Assembly (NCBI GenBank): GCA_001600815.1
Contig: BCKZ01000005.1
Coordinates: 619,727 to 683,726 of the forward strand
Reading direction: 5' to 3'
Source: Alloascoidea hylecoeti
Taxonomy: Eukaryota
DNA length: 64,000 nucleotides
Shown: positions 12,129-23,740 of the stretch, piece by piece
Layout of the letters: every line of letters begins with the position of its first letter
How positions within the stretch are numbered: the stretch's first letter is position 1
Position numbers and translations under genes: made by a program
The notes under the pieces: model-generated
Databases searched by the model: none
Told to the model about the DNA's origin: nothing
Seen by the model: only the letters and a program-made list of their open reading frames with translations

Positions 12129-14348
12129 GTTCGTTTGTTTGTTTGCCACTGTTTCTGTTTGCAATTGAGGAGCCCCTATATATTTATACGGCCAGGGACT
12201 TACCAAGCTTTACCACCCGAGGGCCCCTGTCTGCGCTGATTGGCTGGCTGATCGAATGCTGCTGCAGGGAGATCTGCTTGGTTACGCAGGACAGTGCTTG
12301 GCAACGTATCACGTTTGCGTACAACTTGAGGCAATTTACCCATGCGGTCGCATGCAGGGATTCTCCCAATACTTCCGATTACTCATTCTTCCGCGACAAT
12401 CTCCAGAGCACTTCGGATCCCTCGGTATCTTCTTCGGATGCCCGCATATATTATCATGCAGGAATCATCTTACGAGGGCTTGGCACCTCCTCCTAGTCCG
12501 GACTGCACTCTGGACTGGAACCACACCAGTAAGTGGCACACGGGCCATTACATCATTACTAAGATACATCCAAAATAGGCAATCGAATCGATACTATATT
12601 AATTGCCTACTGGTAGCGAACGCATTGTTTACCGGTTATGCCTCCTGACTAGGAAAGCTAAAGCCTCTTATTATCACACTCAACACCATAAAACTCCGTG
12701 CTATTCGCAATATATATAAAATCCCAGCATTATGTGGAGATAATATAATGTCATAAACTCGCTAATATCAATCATCACATGTTGAAATTAACCATGAAGT
12801 ATATGACATCATGGAGAATTCTGATTAAATTTGTTTCAATTGTCAATGTTACTTCAGAAAACTGAGAATTTTGACATGATAGATTTTTAGTGCTATACAT
12901 TTCGTAAGATCTGAGATAAATACTAACTTTAATTTGATGAACACTTTATATATATAATGTCTTTCATATGATTTATCTTATAATTAAGTTTTCTGTCACA
13001 AAAAGTGAATTCAAGATCTGAGATATGGAGTAGCTTTAATTTTAATTTTAACTTTAACTCTAATCATTGATGCGACCTTTCAGCTGCCAAATGTTTATGT
13101 TAATTTCTGAAATATTTCTGAAAATTTCCCAACATTTATAGACCTTTTTGGAATAGTTACTCAGTAACCACTATAAAAAATGGACATCTTGTTACAAAGC
13201 TTAAATATATCATACCTATTTAAGAAAAGTATTTCAATAAGTCTTATAGAAGTGGGCGCGTTTGGAATACCATATCCAAACTTTATTTAACATTAAGTTT
13301 GTGATATAGATCCTCCTCATCTTTATAATTGATAAACCTACGAGTTTTTAAATATTGTATAATAACTACCCGATTCAACTTATAATTAATTAAAGAATTG
13401 TGTTCACAAAATGTTCATTTTAATGAAGTAAAATGAACAATTTGCTCAGTTTTTGAAATTAGGATCAAGTTAGGAATTGATTATACTCTAGATATATCAT
13501 ATAATTTTTAAAAATCATACCATTTTAGGATAGTTATTTCAATTAACTAGCGTAAAACTGGGCAGTTCTGCTACAAAACTTAAATTTACTTGTGTTTATC
13601 ATACCTTTTAGGGGATTTTGCAGGATCTACGTTGATTTTCGGTACCTATTGGGGTCTTGAAGGGAGTTAAGGGAGTGTTTTTGAGTGGGGGGTTTCTTGG
13701 CACAATTAAAAGTTCAATAATATGATAAAACATTTTGCGTATTTTATTTACGTTATATTTTCCCAATTGTTTAAGTTATAATTGGTAAGAAAATTTCAAC
13801 CTACAAATACTTCTCCTTAACAGGTCTAGGTAATTCACAGTGGGGATACCCTCTATTTTCTCTATTTTCATAAGATTAGATGTTCTACTGGAAAATTGGA
13901 ATTTAATTAGATTTAGAGAATGTCCATCAATATCTTTATATTTTCAATTGAAAAACTTCTAGTTTTTATGTTGGAAAATTTCAAATATATTTTTATTTTC
14001 ATTAATATTTCTTTTAAATTTATTTGCAATTGATTTTATTGAAATTAAAGTATTTAAACACCTAAGAAACTTATACCCGTATACCCTTAGTTTTTATTTA
14101 ATAACAACTTCATTAAGTTTCTACTTTTCCTTTTAAATTTCAATGGGGTACCGGTTTGATCCCCTGAGATCTACTTTCTGTGCTTCAGGTCAAATTACTC
14201 ACATTTCCCTTCTTCTTTTGCTTCAACTCAACTTAATTCAAACTCTATTCATACTAAACAAAATAATCATCTATTAATTCCAAGACTCAGTGCTTTATCT
14301 AAAGTTAAGTTTAACGCTGGTTTAGTTATTAGTGCTTCTTTCTTTGGG

Positions 14349-14830
14349 TTGAAGCTTCCAATGCTCCAATTAGATTGAGCCAACCGCTACCTTCTTCCAC
14401 CATTTCCCAAGTTATTCCTATTTCAAAAAATCCAACCATTGGTTTTAATTGTGATGAAATGGATATTGACTCCGACTCTAATATTATAATGATGAGTCTA
14501 CCATTCATTGCGACTTATTCCAACGATTGTAAGATGTTTGGTTGGAGTCAGATAATCTCACATCCAATAGTACACATGGTTCTCCACTTCAAACATTTGG
14601 GGACTTCAAATTCAAAGACTATCCAATATTATCTGTATTCAACCAAACATCTTTCAATAGTAGGGATAAGTCGCAATGGTAAACTCATCATTATAATATT
14701 AGAGTCGGAGTCAATATCCATTTCATCAAAATTAAACCTTATCAAAGGAATTGCTGAAATGGGAATAATTTTAGAAGTGGTGGAAGCAAGTACTGGTTGG
14801 CTCAAACTAATTTGAGTATTAGAATTCAAA
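14349..14830. repeat. Long imperfect inverted repeat: arms ~14349-14556 and 14628-14830, 71-nt spacer, perfect 46-bp core
   Basis: TGATGAAATGGATATTGACTCCGACTCTAATATTATAATGATGAGT at 14452-14497 and its exact reverse complement at 14683-14728; flanking arm sequence aligns with mismatches and small indels. Confidence 0.95.
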
Positions 14831-16798
14831 GGTTCAGAATCAGATGAATTTGAAGAAGCAGTGCGGAACCATAGTTGGAATTGACTGTAAATTTGAGAAG
14901 AGCTAGAGGCTTGGATAATCTCTGTCAGACATATCAGATAACCAGTCTTAGAAAGGCTACAGTTTAATGATAATAACAATAACATATTATATCAATTAAA
15001 GACTTAAATTAATTGTAGATCCATATGAAGTAAAAATATCTTCTTTATATGTTCTAACTAAAAACATGATCGTGAAATATTATAAATTTATCCATCGGTA
15101 TGAAATCTATATATTTCTTCCGTGATATAAAATCTATTTTATTTTATCTTTCCATATGAAAGTTATTTATTTCATTCCATCTGTGACTAGGATCCATCAA
15201 TATTATATTTTTAAAAATATCTTTATTCTTTTATTAATTTGATTACCTTGACGTCGACATATCATATTTGTTAGTATCTAAGTTAGTATTTCTGGCCTTC
15301 TCAAAAGCTCTAAGTTGAAATATAGAAACTTAATTATAATGAAGTTGTTCGTTATATAAGAATTAAGGATAGATACATGTTTGATGTTTGAATACTTTAA
15401 AACATTTTAGGGGGATTATTTTGATTTTTTTCATGAATCATTCGTTTGCCTCCACTATTTCCTACCGTTATCATTGTATCTTGTGTATCATCTTTTCTAT
15501 GAGTATTTTCTTTTTCAGCCAGTCAATTGCAATGATCATCTAGAGTAGATTCATATTGGATTATTAGGCTTTATGATATTGATGTTTTAGAATCTCCTCT
15601 TCTAGAACTATTCTAAGACCATTTCGATTCTTATAGGATCATAGACCTTTATAATGTTTTAGATTCCTCGCTAATCCTAATGAACATAATTAATGGAATG
15701 TAGTTATTGGCGTGTTATTTGACTCTCTGACACCAGATCGACAAGACCCACAGAATGGGGTTATATGCATAGTCTATGAATCTGAGAGTTTCCAATAGTA
15801 GTAGTAATGTAGCATACTTGGCTATGCACATACTTATTGAAGATCTGATACAACAGTGATAAGTTTTGTTCCCGATTATAAGACGAGTATAAATTAATAA
15901 CTACTGATGCGGTAAAGTTATATTTTATATTCCTGAATTTACTATAACTGTTTTTAAGATAATGTATTTATATTATTTAACTCGTATGAAGTAAAATTAT
16001 ATTATAAAACTTTAGTCCTAAATTTAAAATATTTAATAATTCTCAAAGACTTAACATTCATTAAATTTATTATATTAATTACATGAATTTGCAGCTTTAC
16101 AAAATTACTGCAAATGGTATTATTTGGAGAATCTTATTTTTTAAGTCATACCGGTGTAATTAGCATTAATTCAGTTTCTTTTGGAGATTTACATACTTTT
16201 ATAACTTATTGTATTCTTTTTTTAGTAGTGATAACCACCAGATTGTCAACCTTCAACAAGATATTGCATTAATTAATGCTATAAAAAAAAAGGAATAACT
16301 ATGTATAATAAAGTTAAAATTCCAATCTTAAGAACTGTTCAAAATATGAGTAATTTTATACATCCAAATTGTTTATAAATGAAAGTCATATTTCTGGTAA
16401 TGATTTTCGAATTACCAAACAATGTGAAAATAGAAAAATTGAATTGTTAGAGTCAATTTCTCTCTCTCTCTCTTAAATTCAAAAATTTGTAAATATTCTG
16501 ATATCGGTAAACCAGTTGTTGTTGTAAAACCAAAATCATTAATTACAAGACCATATTTTGATTTGGCGCTTAAAATCATTTTGAAATTATAAGGGTATAC
16601 TGCAGGATAGTATGTTACCTTAAATAGAAATATATGCATGGTTGCATACGCAAGTTGAGGTCTTATCCCATTATGTAGATAAATAATTAATATAAATATG
16701 ACTTCTTTTGTGTTTTCCTTTCTTTCTTCTTATTCTTTTACTTCTCACGAATAATAACACTTAATTCTCTAATTATTCTTTGTATCCTTTTTAAAGCG

Positions 16799-17224
16799 AT
16801 GAAATTTTCTACTTATGCCGCCTTTACAATACTCTCTGGTTCCGCGCTAGCAAATGGTTCTGTTATTGGTACTTCTCTACCCTCAGCTGATTTACATTTA
16901 CAAACAGAAGTAAAGAAGGAAACATCATATTTGGTAAATAATCCAACTGAACTGTACAAAGAGAAAAAGTCAAACTCTATGAATAAGAGATCAATTGGCG
17001 GTCCTGCTACTCCTAAACTTATTAAAAGAACCGATACCAACTCTAATGTAACAATTCAACAATTTAATGTTACTTCAAACTCTACTGGTGCCAGTTCTAA
17101 TAATTCAACAAATCCAGAACCTGATGGCGCTTCTGATTCTAGTGCTGCTATCACTACTGGTGAATATAAATATTCATACTTAGCCGCTGCTATTGGTTGT
17201 GTTTTTATTCTTTTTATGTTATAA
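16799..17224 (+). CDS. Small secreted, probably GPI-anchored Ser/Thr/Asn-rich protein
   Basis: Signal peptide MKFSTYAAFTILSGSALA; two KR sites; NVT/NST sequons; SSAA followed by a hydrophobic C-terminal tail. Confidence 0.75.
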   Translation: MKFSTYAAFTILSGSALANGSVIGTSLPSADLHLQTEVKKETSYLVNNPTELYKEKKSNSMNKRSIGGPATPKLIKRTDTNSNVTIQQFNVTSNSTGASSNNSTNPEPDGASDSSAAITTGEYKYSYLAAAIGCVFILFML

Positions 17225-18920
17225 TTCGACAAACTAAATTGGTTTATGTTAATGTTCATGTTCACCTTTGTGGTTTATCTAATTGCTATTAAATTTTCGG
17301 CAAAGAAGTTTTAATCTGGCATCTCATTTTAATTCTTTTAATGATTTTGGATTCATCTTTTAAAAATACAGCTTTTAGTGTCCTTTATTTATTAGCTATT
17401 TATTATGTCTTATTATTGTTATTATATTATTATGTCATATTTATGTCCTATGTATATTTATTAGCTATTTACTAATCATATCAATTATAGTTCGTTCGCG
17501 ATCAATAATAAACATACGATCCAATCAGTATTGTCATGTATTTAAAATGTTTATAGACTTTTGTTTCATGATCACCACGAACGAGATATACCAGACTATT
17601 GAAATATTACTACTTTTGTTGATGAACCTAATGGTTTGTAATCAAATGGAAAATGAAATACCGATTGAAAATTGTATACCGTCACCCAAAGCTTACCGAG
17701 TCATCCAAAATGTGACCACGAATTGCGGAACCAGCAACAAATATGAATTATATCTTGTTTCGGTTTCATATAACTTATAGTTCTTAATATCCGTTCCCTT
17801 TTAGGCAACTACCTGATTCAATATCTTAAGTTTAAAATGCAAAAAATCCATTTTACCTAAGAAAGGTGAACATTTTGTTCAGAACTATAACTATTAATTA
17901 TGAACTTGATACACCTCATTAATTCGATAATTGGATTGCCAGTTGTGATAGTCTAGCCCTATAAAGAAAGTTAAAGCTCTATTAAAGTAAGGAAAGACTA
18001 GTGCGACACACCACTTTTTATTTCGATAATCTTCCAATTCTTTATCAAGTTGCACACCTTTTTAGAATTGCCATTTAATAACCACTGAAAAATAGACATT
18101 TTACTGCAAACTTAAATTTATTTGGTTATGTTTGATTTTATCTAATACCACTTATAAATATTATAATCGAATTCCTATAACAATCCAATCTTACATATGC
18201 ACTCTTACACGATGAACTTAATTCAAAGAGAATAATTATTGGAATAGCTCTCAATCTTTGATTATAAAGTCTATAGTGGTATGAGTATCTAACTTTAATA
18301 AACAAGACTGCCTAAAATGAATAGTTATAGCAAAGCTGATATTCTGATAACAGTCGGAAAGAGTTGAAGGCAAATGATCATGAGTGGTCTACACAGCCAA
18401 AAGAGGATTCATATAATGTGCTTTTCTGGAATATTTAAAGAAGTAAACATTCTACAGCTCAATAAATTGGCTTATATCTATTTAGTTTAAAAATATACAA
18501 AATAACAGGTTTGAACCCTTATTTTCGTTGACAACGCTGAAATTTAATGCTTCTTAAACTACAACATTTTTTTCCAAGAGGCCTAAAATCAAGATCAAAT
18601 AAAATCCCTCCATCTACTGTTTCAGATATCGTCACCTCCCAACCTTCGATTGGTACCAATCCTGGTTCTCTAACATATGTCGACTCGGCAGCACCCACAG
18701 GATCATCTGATCTGGATATCATAATATAATGTTTTTTTTTTTGAGTTCTAACAGGTTATTGGATTTAATCTTCTAGCCCCAATTATCAACACGTGATATA
18801 TATAGAGTATATGTGAGCACATGTGTAACAAATATACTATAAAAATAACTTTTTTTGGTTGATTTGTTTTTATGTCCATATTCATATTCAGATGCCATGA
18901 AAGTGAATTTTTCAATTTTG

Positions 18921-19148
18921 GTATGTTTTACTTAACAATACACTTTTATTATGAATAATATGATATTTGTTGATTAATTCAATGATGTTAACAAAATTTA
19001 CAACGAATTTCTTCACCTGAATTTAATGTGGAAATAAAATTTTCAGAGCTTTTTAACACTGAGTCTTAATCAACCAATTCATAATGATTCTTTTGATACT
19101 ATCTTCATGATTAGTTTATAATAAGGATTTTACTAACAAGTTATTTAG
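18921..19148 (+). other. Spliceosomal intron of an apparently non-coding snoRNA host transcript
   Basis: GTATGT 18921, TACTAAC 19131-19137, TAG ending 19148; spliced flanks give only a 14-codon ORF (MKVNFSILSYRRIN*). Confidence 0.7.
18969..19074 (+). ncRNA. SNR47: Box C/D snoRNA, snR47/SNORD36 family (double guide)
   Basis: Terminal stem GTTGATTAA/TTAATCAAC; box C ATGATGT 18982; guide GAATTTCTTCAC + D' CTGA 19017 (antisense to LSU GUGAAGAAAUUC); C' ATGTGGA 19026; guide GAGCTTTTTAAC + D CTGA 19059 (antisense to SSU GUUAAAAAGCUC). D+5 positions land on the A residues methylated by yeast snR47 (25S Am2220, 18S Am619). Confidence 0.9.
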
Positions 19149-19443
19149 TCTTATAGAAGGATAAATTGATAATATATAGAAATAATAAAATTTTCATGAT
19201 CAATGATTAATTCTACTTGTAAATACCATTATTTGTAAAAGTTTTTTCCACTTGTGTGCAGTCAGTAATCGCATCACAATACATCCTTACAACTCTTCTA
19301 ATTTTTTTGTATCAAACTCTTTTTTACCATCAATATTACTTCTTTATCTTAATTTATCGAATAATTTGAAATATAAATTTAAACAAAGGTCTTTGATCTG
19401 AAATTTCTCAACATTTATATATCACCTTGAATCTGTTAAACAA

Positions 19444-20560
19444 ATGCCTCCAAAGTAAGTTTTTTTACAATAATGTATAATATTTGTAAGCATCCAACTA
19501 ACCAATATTTAGAACTGATATAACGAAAGCATCATGGGAATCTAATGATATTCCCGCAGTATGTGAAGACTGTTTAGGACCAAATCCATTTGTTAAAATG
19601 CTGAGACAACAATTTGGTGAACAGTGTAAAGTCTGTACTAGACCATTCACAGTATTTAGATGGTATCCTGAAAAGGAAGGAAAACCAAAGAAGACTATGG
19701 TATGCAATTAACTTTATGTTATGTTTCCCTTGATCATTTATTAACGAAGTTTTTTTTATTAGATTTGTTTAACGTGTGCCAGACAAAAGAATTGTTGTCA
19801 ATGTTGTATGAGAGATTTAACATATGGATTACCATTATCTATAAGAGATGCTGCTTTAAAAATGACAGATGTTGGTGGACAAGCTCCAGAATCATCAAGT
19901 GATATAACAAAACAATTTATTGCACAAAATTATGAATTATCATTAAAAAATGGAGCAACTAATAGTAATGATCATAATTTAAAGGCACAATCTGCTGCAA
20001 GACAATTATTAAAAAAATTAGCAAATGCTAAACCATATACACAATTATCAAAAGAAGAAAGAGATGAATTATATGGTAATAATCAAAATCAAAATAAAAA
20101 TAATATAGATAATTCATATCGAAAAAAAGAAGTTTTAAAATATGTTTCAAAACTTCCATTAAAATCAAGAATAAATCCACCACCAAAAGATGAAACAATA
20201 ACATCATTATTTATAATGGGTATTGAAGATGATTTACCAGAATACGTAATTCGTGAATATTTTCAACAATTTGGTTCAATTAAATCTTTAATTTGTTTAC
20301 ATCGTGCAAAAGCTGGTTATGTTACTTTTAAATCACGTCAAGTTGCTGAAAAAGCAGCACAATCTATACCACCACCACAAGATCAACCAAATTCACCTGG
20401 GAAATTGATTTTAAATAAATGTATATTAAGAGTTACATGGGGCCATCCTAAACCTTTAGGGAATACTTATTCTGAACAAGCTGAAGTTGGAAGGTTTATT
20501 AAAAAAGCTATTCGACCAAAGAAAAATTATCAAAATATTTCACAGAAAACAACTGAATAA
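19444..20560 (+). CDS. ECM2: Pre-mRNA splicing factor Ecm2/Slt11 (RBM22 family); exons 19444-19454, 19513-19699, 19763-20560
   Basis: Spliced N-terminus [33 protein letters not shown]...[13 protein letters not shown]...[31 protein letters not shown] after [14 protein letters not shown]. Confidence 0.92.
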
Positions 20561-20949
20561 AAATGTTAATTCAGATTGATTGTCCTATTCTAAACTTCTT
20601 GTCAGTCATTTGTTTACCACAGCATTTCCAGTTTTGTATGTGTTTTTTTACTTGTATTATATTATATAATTATAATGTTAAATTCTTTACAATAAACTCA
20701 TTGATATTTGTTTTTCTATGTTTACGAAGAAGTACCTGTACTTTTTCCAAAGTCAGTGTAATTATAATTATACGTTATATTACATCCATACATCTGAATG
20801 CCAATATTATAAACAAAAAGGAAATCTAGTAATTCTATTTCCCAAATCCCATTTAAAAAATGACTAAAAAGCAACAAAAGTTTCCAATAAGCAGGTTATT
20901 ACAGCTACAGCGCTCTTGAATATGGGTCAGAGTACTAGTGTATCAAGCG

Positions 20950-21475
20950 CTACGGAGCAGCAAGGACACAAAAGGAATTATTACAAATGGCGCTTGAACA
21001 TGGGGTATTCGCTCCAATATTCCCTGGTATAGTGGTTCTTTACTTGAAAGCCTGTCCAGAACTAAACAGCAAAGTGCACGGTAGTTTAAACCCTTCTCTC
21101 ACTGATCTCATTGAGAGCAAAGAAGCTGCTTCAAAGGAATTGGAAACTATGGCCCTTAGTGAAAGAATAGTAGACAAAACTATACCACCTTAAAATAACA
21201 GGTTGGCCCTCGATTATTTTGAGAACATGCAAAGACTAAGTAATAATGAGGTTTTCGTGAACTGCATTTCATCAACAACAAAAGCCATTCAAATGTTAAG
21301 TGGTTCTTTAGAGAAATCCACACAAGAAATTTTCAAACAGAAGTCTAGTACCAGGGGTGTACAAGAAACACAGCTACATGTATAGCCTTATAACCAGTGT
21401 AGAAATATTTCAGTCCAACTTGAATATCAGAGATTGAAAGATGAAATTTTGGAGTATATATACTGAGCCCTAAAC
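20950..21475 (+). pseudogene. Decayed reading frame of unknown origin (pseudogene or TE relic)
   Basis: ORFs 20987-21193 and 21203-21385 share one frame and read through isolated stops as protein-like sequence; no recognisable motif. Confidence 0.35.
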
Positions 21476-21919
21476 TCTGATTAATAACTTCACAGAAATC
21501 ATAAACCCTATAGCTACATATATATTCACTTCAATACATGTAATATATATATATAACTTATGAGATGTTAAATGTTGTTAGAGGGCCATTGTACTATAGC
21601 TGCAAGTAATACGATTGCAAGAGAAACTATTTACAGCCGGACCAAGATGAAACGGCTGCTACTCTATGAGGCATGGAGTTTTAGGAGCTCTAATGACTTC
21701 ATTTCTAAACTCTAGTTCATACTACAAGGCTTCCTTATGTCATAAATTTTAGGGTTCGGGGACCTGGCTTGACTATCGAGTTTAAAATTCCGGACGTGTA
21801 GCGACTGAATATTTGTTACTTAATACAACACCATTCAAACGTCCTGAGACCCCTCCATTCTGTATTTATACCATATTTTTCTGATCCTTTTGGTTCTTCT
21901 CATTCAGGCATTTTATGTG

Positions 21920-22144
21920 CTAAAAATGTTCCGTATCCACGTTTTTTTCAGAAGGGTTCTTAGGTGGGTTTTTGGAGTGGAAAAGAATCTTGACCTCGCC
22001 CAAGTCGGTAAACCGCTCCATCGAGAACCCAGAACCAATATGTATACGTATAGTAACACGAAGGCGCACCTGGTCAATATAAATGTCGTCTTTGTAATTG
22101 CGGTTGAAACCCATCATTTGGTGGCACTTTTTTTTACCGAGCAA
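21920..22144 (-). mobile_element. Decayed Ty1/copia reverse transcriptase fragment
   Basis: YKDDIYI...FSMERFTDLGEVK resembles copia YVDDILI...F-x-MKDLGE-x-K at about the right spacing. Confidence 0.5.
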
Positions 22145-22492
22145 TTATGACTTTGCTATTGTAGAATTGGATCTTATAATCATCAATACATGTATTTACT
22201 TATCGTACGCTAGCTAATAATTAACTATTCACCACGATGGCTAAAGATTTGAAAGAGGAATTTTGATTATACATATAAGTTATATTAATAATTTCTCATG
22301 TTCCTTTTACCTATATTTCACACATATTAATATAAATATGAATTGATTATTTGTTGAATTTTAATTATGAATTTTAATTTGTTAATGATTATTTATTTAT
22401 ATGATTACTTTTTCTCCTTTATTTTTCTTTTGTAATTAGTTAATTAAAGAAAGGGGGAAAAAAGATATAAAATGTTAAATTGTTTGTTAAAT

Positions 22493-23423
22493 TTAACAAG
22501 TAACATCTTGAGTAGCTCTTGAATTTAAAAGTAAAGCAACAATTAAACCATATAGACCTAAAACTTCAGCAAAAATTAAAATTAAAATCATTCCAACGAA
22601 TAATCTTGGTTGTTGAGCAGTTCCTCTAACACCAGCATCACCAACGATACCAATTGCAAAACCAGCAGCTAACCCAGATAAACCAACAGATAAGCCTGCA
22701 CCTAATTGGATGAAACCAGTATATAAAGCTTCTTGTTGTTTTAAAGAATCTGTGATTAAAACTGAAACGACTAAACCGTAAATGGCAATAATACCAGCCA
22801 TAATAACTGGAACAATGTTTTTAACTAGAAGATCTGGACGTAAGACACATGTTGCACAGATACCAACACCAGATTTAGCAGTTCCGTAAGCGGCACCAAA
22901 ACCTATATTGAAAAAGATAGAAAAAAAGGTTAGTTAAAGTCTCCACAGACATTCGGACGGTCGTAAAACACGTGTCCGACCGAAGTTATTGAGACTTACA
23001 AGTAAAAATGATGGCGGCAGCACATCCCATGGAACCGAAGAATGGCTATTTATTGAAGTTAGTTAAATTATTAGATTATCGATTTTTTTGGTGAAGGATT
23101 GTTGAAACTGTTGAACATACAGCATAAACGGGGCTATAAAGATAAATGTTAATAACAAGTCTTTCTTATCACGAAGATTCAAGAACAGAAATAGATAGAT
23201 GAAAATAGCCATAGGAAATAAAGATATCAAAGCTATGATGATAATGTCTTAGATATCCGATGGTGTGGGTCGACCACCTGCTGCTAGCTTTCATTGTTCA
23301 TTGTTTGAAGCAAACCAACCAACCCGGCACACTCCAATCGAGTTTTTATTCGCCTCTTCACTATTTCAAATTCTTAAGAGTTCCACGAATGAACAAGAAC
23401 AAGACATACCAAAGATCAGACAT
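22493..23423 (-). CDS. VMA3: V-ATPase V0 proteolipid subunit c; exons 23423-23410, 23133-23121 (13 nt), 23045-23000, 22902-22493
   Basis: Spliced product [39 protein letters not shown]...[30 protein letters not shown]; canonical GT-AG introns. Confidence 0.96.
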
Positions 23424-23562
23424 TTTTATTTAATGGTTTAGTGATGGTGTTGAAAGAGAGATAGAAGATAGAGTCCAGTAGCGAAGTGAACAAAGTCAAT
23501 TATTATTCCCGTGCTCACACATACGCAGCGCTCACATACATGCGCGTACACATAGTACTGAT

Positions 23563-23644
23563 ATCACGTGACTGGATTATTTTTTTTATTCTTTTTTCAC
23601 CTCATCGCCGATTTTTCGAGTTTTTAGTTTCAAACAAATTTTCA
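23563..23644 (+). promoter_or_regulatory. SNU13 promoter: ATCACGTGAC, PAC (CTCATCGC 23601-23608) and RRPE-like AAATTTTCA (23636-23644)
   Basis: Motifs match the yeast ribosome-biogenesis regulon and lie upstream of a RiBi gene. Confidence 0.65.
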
Positions 23645-23740
23645 ATCTGTGGGCGTAATAAAGGCGAGCACATTTTTTAATAAAAAACTGAAAAGCAAGG
23701 AACCTTTTGCTCCAAATAAACACTCTAAATACTACAGAAA

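Noticed and set aside
12129..12206. N-terminal extension of NRG1 in the ORF track
   Set aside because: It starts at TTG and spans a TATA-like element; the ATG at 12128 is more plausible.
12000..12648. Several overlapping short ORFs upstream of NRG1
   Set aside because: Explained by local high GC (fewer stop codons); no motifs.
14375..14985. ORFs 14375-14815 and 14629-14985 as genes
   Set aside because: They are the two arms of the inverted repeat and have no recognisable domain; treated as relic sequence.
18547..18765. 60-aa ORF and CTAACAG acceptor-like signal upstream of the snR47 host
   Set aside because: No matching donor site or protein motif; could not be joined into a gene model.
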